Shown piece after piece: positions 24,073-36,100 of a stretch of 64,000 nucleotides of DNA. The stretch spans positions 310,001 to 374,000 of the forward strand of contig NW_024055461.1 of the NCBI RefSeq assembly GCF_902713615.1, in the 5' to 3' direction. The notes beneath the pieces were generated by a model that saw nothing but the letters and a program-made list of their open reading frames with translations, did not search any database and had not been told where the DNA came from. This DNA is from Scyliorhinus canicula (lineage: Eukaryota). A program made the position numbers and the translations under genes. Every line of letters begins with the position of its first letter. The stretch's first letter is position 1.

Positions 24073-27000
24073 AATACGGTGATATTCAGGTTCTGAAAAA
24101 TTGAGCGACTGTCAGGACCTGATGTGATGTTTGGTTTCAGATTCCTGGCTGCAAATGCTCTCCTAATACACTGAGAAATTAATTTAAAACAGAAAAAGGA
24201 CTGAGAGAGAGCCCAGAAAAACACAAAGGCAGGTTGTGAAATTGAGCTGAATGATTCTGGTCATTTGTGGGGCCGGCACTGGGAAAAAGTGACCATGAAA
24301 ACTGCTGGATTGTTGTAAAAACTCTACTAGTTTACTAATATCCTTCAGGGAAGAGAAGCTGTGGTCTGGGCCGATGCATGACAACTTGCCTCTATCAGGG
24401 AAGAGACAGAGGTGGGAGCAGCATGGGGGAGTGGATTGTATATATCTAAACTCAGCCAGAACTTTGACAGAATCTTCCAAACCGTCAACCTCCACCACCT
24501 CGAAAGACCAGGGTGGCAGGCGTATGTGAACAGCATCATCTTCCAGTTACAATCCAAGTCACACCATCCTGACTTGTCTGACATCCAGATTAACAGAAAT
24601 TTCCTCCATTTAAATATGGAAAGATCCCAGTCACTGTCTTCAGTCCCCAGGACAAACTCCACTCCCGACCCACTGACTCCATCAACTCTCCATGAAAACA
24701 GTGCGAGGCTGAACCAGGCTGTGCATAACCATGGGAAAATACTTCACTCAAATAAAAGCAAAATACAGTCATAGAATTTACAGTGCAGAAGGAGGCCATT
24801 CAGCCCATCGAGTCTGCACCAGCCCGTGGAAAGAGCACCCTACCTAAGCCAACACCTCCACCCTATACCCATAACCCAGTAATCCTCTTAAACTTTTTGG
24901 ACACTAAGGGCAATTTTGCACGGTCAATCCACCTAACCTGATCTTTGGATTGTGGGAGGAAACCTGAGCAGACACAGCGAGAAAGTCCAAACTTCAGACA
25001 GACAGTGACCCAAGCCGAGAATCGAACCTGGGACCCTGGAGCTGTGAAGCAACTGTGCTCACCAATGTGCTACCAGATTCTTGCCTTTATCGGGGAAGAA
25101 AGAGAGGTGGGAGCAGCATGGGGGAGTGGATTGTATGTATCGAAAACTCAGCCAGAACTTTGACAGAATCTTCCAAACCGTCAGCCTCCACAACCTCGAA
25201 AGACCAGGGTGGCAGGCGCATGTGAACAGCATCATATTCCATATATAAATAGAAAATGCTGAATAAGAATAGAAAATGCTGAATAAACTCAAAAGGTTTG
25301 GTAGTATCTGTGCAGAAAGAAACAGAGTTAATGTTTCAGTCCATTTGACATCTTCAGAGCCGGCAGCTGAGTTTCAGACCACAATCTCTGCCAACTCCTC
25401 AAATGAGTTTTCGTCTCATTCACATCACTGGACTTGATTCTGTCTCAGATTTGCGATTCCTTTATTACCTCGAGACTTCACTATTCCTGCACACTCATGA
25501 CCAGCCTCCAACATTCAACCTGTGACAAGCTTGAGTTTATCCCAATCTCTGCTGCCTCTGCCTCTACATTAATTTCCATTCACTCACTCATCACCCTGTC
25601 CTCATTGATCAACACAGGCTCCTGGTCAAACAGCAACTCAATTTATAATTCTCACCTTTCTTTTCAAATCTGGGGCTGGTTTAGCACAGGTCTAAATAGC
25701 TGGCTTTTAAAGCAGACCAAGGCAGGCCTGCAGAGCGGGTTCAATTCCAGTACCAGCCTCCCCGAACAGGCACCGGAATGTGGTGACTAGGGATTTTTCA
25801 CAGTAACTTCATTTGAATCCTACTTGTGACAATAAGCGATTTTCATTTCACTTGTTCTCTCCATGACATTGCTCATCCCCATTTCCAGTCACACAGATGT
25901 TTGAATATTTTTTTCCACAGACTTACATTTCGGTTCTGATGAATCGAGTGACTGTCACATTTTGATCTGATGTTTGGTTTGTGTTTTCTGTCTTTAAATT
26001 CTGCTCTTCCAACGTCCTGTAAACAGAAATCATCACACTGTCAGTCCAAGATTAAACACTGAGAAGAGACACACATTTCTCTTGGTTTGAGTTTTCTGTG
26101 TAAATCCAGCCATCCCAACCCCCTGCTGGCCTTGTTCTGAATTACAAGCCACCTGTTTAGCCCAATTATTCCCTCCTTATTAATATTTTTGTGTTTATAT
26201 TCTATTCTTTATAATCTGCCCAATGTTCTGTCCTGAAATCTGCCTTTGTGCTCAATCTTCTTCCCCTCAAACTGCACGTCAAATTCAATCATATTATGAT
26301 CGCTGTTACCTGGGGATGTCTTCACCATGAGATTATCAATTAATCCTTGTTGTACAATACCAAGCCTGGTATAACCTGCCCTCTGGTTGGCTCCAAAATG
26401 TGCTGATTGTAGAAACTATCACAAAAACATTCTGTGAACTCCTCACCTACGCTACCTTCAACCATCTTATGTTTCCAGTCTATAAGTAGACTAAAATCCC
26501 CCTTGATTATCGCTGTACCTTTTCTGACAAACTCCCATTATCTCTTCCTTAACACTCTGTCCTACTGTGCCGTTACAATTAATAATAATAATAAATTAAT
26601 ATTAATAATATTTATTGTCACAAGTAGGCTTAACTGCAATTAAGTTACTGTGAAAAGGCCCTGGTCCGGTGCCTGTTTGGTGCACTGAGGGAGAATTCAG
26701 AATGTCCAACTTACCTAATAGTATGTCTTTTGGGACTTATTTATTTATTATTTATTGGGCATCATGGTAGCACAGTGGTTCGCACTGTTGCTTAACAGCT
26801 CCAGGGTCTCAGGTTCGATTCCCGGCTCGGGTCACTGTCTGTGGTGAGTCTGCACGTTCTCCACGTGTTGGCGTGGGTTTTCTCCGGGTGCTCCGGTTTC
26901 CTCCAGCAAGTCTTGAAAGACATGCTGTTGGGTAATTTGGACATTCTGTATTCTCCCTCGGTGTACTCGAGAACACATTTAAAAGGGCGCCAGAACGTAG

Positions 27001-27649
27001 CGACTAGGGGCTTTTCACAGTAACTTCATGGGAGTGTTGATGGAAGCCTCCTTGCGACAATAGAGCTTATTATTATAAATGTTGGACTGGCCAGCGACAC
27101 CCACATGCCATGAATGAATATAAAACAATTCAGGTCCCAATCTATGTCTCTGAATGGCCATCAGATCATACTGACTTATTTCTATAGGTGCTGCCAATTC
27201 ATCAGTTTGGTTTCAAATGCTGCTTGTGTTTTGATACAGAGCCTTTTAGTTTTGTCATTTTATTATTTTTTTCGCGTTTATCTGATGTAATTTTAAATGT
27301 GTTCACTCTGTCTCTTCCTGCTTCAGTCTGTTTATCATTTCCCATATTCTTATCTTTCTCTCTGGTCTTACTCTTTGCTTTACCATATCTTCCAAAACAA
27401 ATGAGAAAAGATCCAACAATGGAACAGTCGGTAACAGGACATCAATCAGTCTCTTCCTATTTTAGAGAAATCAAGGACCGGAACACTGTCATTAACACAA
27501 AGCTAATTTAATTAATCTATATACAGAATATTAAACTCCAGCCGAATCACCGGAATGATTAACATCAACTGAAACAAACTCCAACCGTCAGAATGAACAC
27601 GGCTCAGTCCTGGATGTGATTAACAGCAGCAACAACAGTATCCAACCCC

Positions 27650-29259
<1,610 letters not shown>

Positions 29260-30014
29260 GGAACTTCGCTGATAGGGTTAATATAACAGTTCTGAAAAGC
29301 TCTGTGAAAGAGATGTCAACAGGTCAAGGGATGAAATAAAGGGAGCGTGTTCTGACCAGCATCTGTGAAAGCAGAGATGTCAGAAGGTTATGGGATGGAA
29401 AGAGGGGAGTGTGGCTTTGGTACTATTTAATGTTCTGACCGGCATCTGTGAAAGCAGAGATGGCAGAAGGTTATGGGATGGAAAGAGGGGAGTGTGGCTT
29501 TGGTACTATTTAATGTTCTGACCCGCATCTGTGAAAGCAGAGAGGTCAAAAAGTCAAAGAATGGAATGAATGGGAAGCGTTACTTTATTGCAGAGATAGC
29601 ACGATTAAGCTCGTTTGACCAGTTGAGACAAATAAACATTGAAATGTAAAGGAATGGGCTTTGGAATGAGTTAAGCCAGATGGCCATGGGATACAAAAAC
29701 CTTTATTAATAGTGACTTGTGCTAATGATTATGTCAAAAATAACCTCCCGACCTCGAAGAATAATTCCATATATGTACATGTTCTGGATCCTTGCCAAAT
29801 CATAGGTGTATCTAGGAATTTAAGGGGACCACCCCTAAGCTGTAAAATGTATAAAAATACAGTCCTTATTCTGGGATTTTGGCACTTCTCGAAGGTGGTT
29901 ACCCGACTGCTTAGAGATTTGTCCCGGCCGTAAATAAACGAATATTCGTTACTGACGTGTTCGAGTGTTTTACTTCTGGACTGACGATCAGATACGTGAA
30001 AGCGCAATTCACAT
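29260..30014 (+). repeat. 5' LTR, missing the first 20 bp present in the 3' LTR
   Basis: Matches 38846-39600 and ends ...ttcaCA; 83-bp U3 direct repeats start at 29348, 29431 and 29514; TATAAAA at 29850; AATAAA at 29933. Confidence 0.95.
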
Positions 30015-30016
30015 TT

Positions 30017-30034
30017 GGTGGCCCGTACGTGGAT
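30017..30034 (+). other. Primer-binding site, tRNA-Ile type
   Basis: TGGTGGCCCGTACGTGGA lies 2 nt after the LTR and is 17/18 identical to TGGTGGCCCGTACGGGGA, the complement of the vertebrate tRNA-Ile(AAU) 3' end (from memory). Confidence 0.85.
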
Positions 30035-30271
30035 CTCCAGAGGGGTCTGCGCAACTAACCGGCGTAATCGACTGAGCTCGTTCAAAGTAGAGGACGAATT
30101 TGGCCCCCAACGTGAGTAAAAATTTCTTTTCCACCTTGGTATTCGCCTACTACTAGTTTGATCGTTGCTCAGCCTTGCCGTTGGTTTGTGGAGAAGCCTC
30201 TGCGAGATCCAGGTCAGTCCAGCGAACCCGTTTTAAAGAGGGTAAGTGAGTGAACCCTGCGGTTATCGTCT

Positions 30272-30660
30272 CTAGGGGCAGCCTGGGACTGCCGCCGTGA
30301 TTCCAGGCAGCGTTCGCTGGAGTTACGGGCGGGGTGGCCAGGACTGCTAGGGGCAGCCTGAGACTGCCGCCGTGATTCCAGGCAGCGTTCTCTGGAGTTA
30401 CGGGCGGGGTTATCAGGACTGCTAGGGGCAGCCTGGGACTGCCGCCGTGATTCCAGGCAGCGTTCGCTGGAGTTACGGGCGGGGTGGCCAGGACTGCTAG
30501 GGGCAGCCTGAGACTGCCGCCGTGATTCCAGGCAGTGTTCGCTGGAGTTACGGGCGGAGTTCTCAGGACTGCTAGGGGACGATTCCGGGCTGTGGGCTCC
30601 GGACGGGACTGCCGCCGTGATTCCAGGCAGCGTTCTCTGGAAGTTACGGGCGGGGTTCTC
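30272..30660 (+). repeat. 75-bp GC-rich tandem repeat (about 5 units) in the ERV 5' leader
   Basis: gactgccgccgtgattccaggcag anchors at 30287, 30362, 30437, 30512 and 30607. Confidence 0.9.
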
Positions 30661-30854
30661 GGAGCTTATCCCCCGGTATAACCCATACTTTCACCGAAGA
30701 ATTTTACCTACTTACCCCTTAATAGCATTGGTGTCCTGGGTCCTGCGTTATTAAGGAAGTGAAGTAAGCTAATAACCACTTAAAATCTGGTCTTCTTGAG
30801 TTGTATTAGCTGTTTAAACTCGGCTGCTTTCCTTGTCTTTCTCCAGCAGGCTGC

Positions 30855-30895
<41 letters not shown>

Positions 30896-31177
30896 GTTGC
30901 TGTTGCAGAGTGCTGCTGCTTCTGCTCCCTGGGTTTATATTCTCTTTCGAAGAGTTATTAAGTTTTAACGACTGTATTGTATATGGGCTTGTTTCACTTT
31001 GATAGTTTAAAAGTATCTTTGATGTAAACATCTTACTACAACTAATTATTCATTTCAGGCATATCGTCTCCTCACAGATTTGATTTAAAAAATTGCTTTC
31101 GTTTTAATAGTTAACTTTTATTTCTGTGATTACAAATCGTTTAATTTTCCAATTGTCTACCGAATTAGATTTCCACC

Positions 31178-33150
31178 ATGGGTAATACGGTAGACACTTG
31201 TAATGACTCGGGCAGTGCGCTCCAAACTCTGTGTGAACAATACCCTGAACATTCTAAGCAACTCCGACAATTGTCGGGGGCCCTCCATAAGAACCTAGGC
31301 GAAGATAAATGGCCTCTGGGGGGACCTAAAGATTTGGGTCCTGTCCTGGAGGCCCAACAAGTAATCTGGAAAACCAATCGGGGTTCCACCGCAAAGAAAT
31401 TAATTGCCTTGTGGAGGGAATACTGTCAGTCAGTGAAAGATGCCTCTATACTGGCTAGCTGGCAGGCAAATGCCTCAAAATTGGGTATTGGCCTCACCAA
31501 AGGGGGAATTGTTAAAACAGTAGAGGTCTTAAAGAGGGAATGTAAAGAATATAAAGAACGTAAGAATGCTACTCCTACCCCGGCGCCGGTCAGCAATGCG
31601 AAGCAAGGTTGGGAGGAAGGGGACGATGGGGATGAGGAACATCTGTTCAATTGCGGGGGACGTCAGAAGCCTCCCCAGTCTCCACCTAACGCGCCCATTC
31701 AGAATCCACCACCTTATGCACCACCGCCCCAACCAGCATATCAACCCCCGGCCATGAGTACAAGGTCGAGAACAAGGGGAAAAGGGAGACCATTCATGCA
31801 ATTAGTCCAGTTAAAGGAGCAATTGGGAAAACAATTAGATAGTCTTTGCCAAGACCAGGATGAGGACGAGGAGGTACCTCCTCCTCCTCCTCCTCCTCCT
31901 CCTCCTCCTCCACCAGCCCTCGACCATCCCTCACCCCCACCACGACAGATGCCAATGCGCCAGGTGCCAAATCCTGCCTATGACCCTAATGCAAACGCGG
32001 GCAACCCTAATGCTGAACGTACCATGAATATTTATTTTCCGTGGAAACCCAATGAGATCATGTCCCTACTGGCTGGAATACCAGATAGGAAAGTGTCCCC
32101 TAGTGCCTTTGTTGACCAACTCCAATGCACAATTCGTGTATATGAGGCCGAAGCACGAGACTTATGGGCCTTGGTCCAGCGGGTCTTGCGCCCAGAGGAA
32201 CACGTTCGCTTCTGCAATGTCTTACAACAGCAGAATCCTACTATTACCCTCCCTGTGTCTTTAGCGTCCCTTAACGTGCTCCACCAGGCGGACCAGCTAC
32301 GCCAAGATGCTATTTTTCTGCCTTAGACACTACTCTTCAAAAGCCTGTAGATATTACTAGAATACTTGAGACCAAACCCCGCAAGGATGAGGAAGCCGAC
32401 TCCTTTTTAGAGCGTTTTAATGAGGCCTACCGTAATCAAGCCGGAGACGCTAATTACCGTGCTGGCCAACAACAGCCCACAGTATTGTGCCATGCTCTTG
32501 AGCTGCCTGCCCATCTCCTTATCAGATGCAATTAAGACTAACAATATGGATTGATCCGATAATAGTCCCACCCAAATGGCACGAGCTGTGAGGTACTACT
32601 GGAAAAACAGCTCACCTGAGGGTCCGTCTAAAGTAACCCCTAAAATTAAGACTGAGTATGTCCTTAGAAAAGACGCCCAGGAGGTACCAACACCCTCCCG
32701 GGAGCCTGATAACACGGGCTGCCAGGTGGAACCTCAGTGCCGCGCCCCTGCTGGGGTGACCCCACAGGGTGGAGGATATACCCCCCATCCAAACGGGCCC
32801 CAAGCACCGCTCTATGGGCCTCCGTATGCCCCCCCGGGAGCAGCGGCGGCCTACGCGCTACCCCCCTTTTATCCCTATGCCACACCCTACCAGTACCCCC
32901 CCCCCTTCCCCCATCTCCCTATTATTCACCAGCGCCGACCCAGGTCGCACCTACCCCCGCACAACCACCACAACAGGCAAGGCTCTGTTATAGTTGTGGT
33001 CAGCCAGGGCATTATGCTCGTAGCTGTCCCACGCACCCTAACCACGGCGGAGGGGGTCGTAGAGGGGGAGGACGGGGCAGGGGAGCGCCCGCAGTGGCTG
33101 CTCCAGTCACTACTCCGTTCACTCAGAATAACCCCTTCCAACAAAACTGA
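31178..33150 (+). pseudogene. gag: Retroviral gag, disrupted by 3 frameshifts and 1 nonsense codon
   Basis: MG start; MA-like KWPLGG; PPPY late domain at 31706-31717; MHR-like KDEEADSFLERFNEAYR at about 32383-32433; single CCHC knuckle CYSCGQPGHYARSC; frame changes at about 32318, about 32471 and in the C10 run at 32896-32905; TGA at 32552. Confidence 0.9.
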
Positions 33151-33156
33151 CAGTCG

Positions 33157-36100
33157 ATGTTGCCTTCTCGTTTAACCTCCCCTGATTCTGAACCTGTTCT
33201 TTCTTTAACCATTTACGGTCACTCTTACCCGTTTCTCATAGACACGGGCGCTACCATGTCTTCTGTACAGGCTCACCTCAACCTTCCCCTCTCATCAGAG
33301 ACCCAGCAACTATCTGGTTTCCAGGGACAGGTAGCTAGTTACCCCATTTCTTTCCCTGTGCCCGTTTCCTACCAGGGCTACACCCTCCAGCACCGATTTA
33401 TTGTTACAACCGGACTAGATTGTAATCTACTGGCCCGAGACCTTCTCTGTGCCTTTGGAATACATCTTGAATGTGGGGATAACGGGATCACTGCCCATTC
33501 ACCCAGCATACCACGCCAGTTGCTCACCCATGTGCACCCGCAATGGTGGGCACTTCATTTGATGCCTGAGCGGTTGTTCCATGTCACGCTGGCTTACGAC
33601 TCGACCGGAGCCGATGAAGGCCTGGTCGATTCTTACAGCCCTCATCTTGAACAAGAATTCTCAGTCACCCTTTTTGCTTCTGTGAGCGGGCCCCAAGGGA
33701 CTGCGGATGCAGCGCAAGTGCCTACCTGGCTATGGCGCCAAGACGGGTACACCGCCCCGCATGTCACCCGCCATGTCCACTACCCCCACCATGCCAAGGA
33801 TCTAGGGCCAATGGTCCGACAGGCGTTGGACCAGTCTGACCCCTCTCTTCTGGAACCCCAACTTCTCCCTGGCGGTCTCACCATTACATACATGTCACAA
33901 CCAGCTACATCCCAGTCCATTCTTTTACACCATCGCGCCCGGACCGATGCGACTGTTTCTCCCCACGTATGGGCTGCGGATAAGTTTGATGTTGGTCTCG
34001 TCCCTACCCAGCCTATCACTATTCCTCTCCTCCCCGATGTTCAGCTCCCTTCGATCCGCCAATATCCCATTAAGGCACAAGCTCGCCACTCCATCGATGC
34101 ACTCATAGCTAAACTTCTCGACCAGGGCATCCTAGTTCCTTGTCAGTCTCCGTGCAATACCCCCATCCTAGCGGTGCCCAAACCTGGGAAACCAGATCAG
34201 TACCGCCTCGTACAGGACTTACGTGCTATCAATTCTATTGTTCAACCTCTCCACGCCCTTGTTCCTAACCCTGCTCATATTCTCGCCCAGGTCCCTGCAG
34301 ATGCACTATTTTTTTCCCTTGTAGACCTCCAGCATGCCTTTTTCGCTCTGCCACTCGATCCATCATGCCAGTATCTCTTTGCATTCACTTATAATGGCCA
34401 ACAATATACTTGGACACGGTTGCCTCAAGGTTTTATTCACTCTCCCACTCTTTTCTCCCGCTGTCTCCAACGCCAACTACAATCCCTCTCCTTCTCCCAG
34501 GGCTCCACTCTTGTTCAGTACGTCGACGATCTCTTGATCGCTAACCCGACTGAGGAGGGATGTCGGGCCGATACTCAACTTTTACTCAATTTTCTGGCTT
34601 CCCTTGGTTACATTGTCTCTCCCTTGAAGGTTACGATTGCTCAGCCTACTGTTAAGTTCCTAGGTGTTAGGATATCTGCCACCTCTCGTTCCTTAGATCC
34701 AGACCGGATCCGCCCTATCTGCGATTTCCCACCCCCAACGACGGCCAAGCAGCTCCGTCAGTGGCTCGGCATGGTCAATTATTGCCGTCAGTGGATCCCG
34801 AATATTACTCTGGATTCCCGCCTCCTTACCCCCTACACCAATGAACCCGGTACTTTTTCCTTGTCCCCGGAAGCCGCACTGGCCTTTAACCGCCTCAAGG
34901 AGGCACTCCTCCAGGCCCCTGCCCTTGGTCGACCCTTATATGATCGCCCTTTTCAGCTCTATTGCACAGTCCTTGCCGACTGCGCCACAGCTGTCCTGAC
35001 CCAACGCCACGGCGACCGCTGTCGCCCGGTTGCATACTACTCCTCTAAACTCGATCCGGTAGCCCTTGGCTATCCTATCTGTACCCAAATTCTTGCAGCT
35101 ATCTACAACAGCCTGCAATCGGCTGCTAATATTACCCTCCAACAAGATATCACTGTCTATAGTTCCCATTCTGTTACGGCCCTTTTGGGACAGCTACAGA
35201 CTCAGCATCTCACGATGGCTCGTCAGAACAAATATGAGATTGCTCTCCTTAATAACCCGAAAGTCCAGTTTGCCCACTGCACCACTATCAACCCTGCTGA
35301 CTTTTTGACGCATCCTCCCACAGACATGCTCGACCCAACTCATGACTGTCTGCAATTGTTGCAGGAAGTCTCCTCGGTTCGAGACGACCTCTCCGATATA
35401 CCCCTCCCAAGTGCAGATTGTTCCTTTTTCACCGATGGAAGTTCTTCCGTCGGCGTAAGGGGGGATAGACAATCTGGCTATGCAATCATCGATCAAGACG
35501 GTGACGTAGTAGAAGCAGCAGGATTTGAAGTTCCCTTTTCTGCCCAACAGGCAGAATTGTTTGCGTTAATACGAGCATGCATATTGGCACAGGGGAGGAA
35601 GGTTAATATTTATACAGATTCCCGATACGCCTTCGGGGTTGTACATGATTTCGGGCAATTATGGAAAAACAGAGGATTTCTAACCTCCGCTGGTACACCC
35701 ATCTCACACCAGCAGTTAGTAACCCAGTTATTGCAGGCCCTTATGCTCCCAGACAAGATAGCGGTGATAAAATGCGCAGCGCATACAGAAGGCACAGGAC
35801 TGGTGGAAACGGGCAACAGGAGAGCGGACGAGAAGGCAAAAGAAATTTCTAAATCTGGCAAACTAATGGTGCCTAGAATGATGAGGCAGACTAAAACCCC
35901 CTCGGGAAAGTCCCCCTCTGAAAAACCTATGCCAACCATTGCTGACATAATCCAAATGCAGGAGGACGCTCCTGCAACTGCTGTAAATATGTGGAAAAAC
36001 TTAGGATGTATATATGATATCGAAAATAAGCTGTGGGTCACCCCGGTAGGACAAACATGTATGACCGATGCATTAGCAGCCTGGGTGACCGAATGTGTAC

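Noticed and set aside
1-27000. tRNA genes suggested by A/B-box motifs, and the many 60-130-aa ORFs
   Set aside because: The boxes are SINE heads without a full cloverleaf, and the ORFs are recurrent translations of SINE/LINE sequence.
29712-29933. 73-aa ORF duplicated at 39299-39520, a possible LTR-encoded accessory protein
   Set aside because: It has a GTG start, is short, overlaps the TATA and poly(A) signals and has no recognisable motif; its duplication simply reflects the LTRs.
30272-30660. Tandem arrays (75, 83, 65, 45 and 29 bp) as CRISPR-like arrays
   Set aside because: They are head-to-tail repeats without unique spacers, there are no cas genes, and the context is vertebrate.
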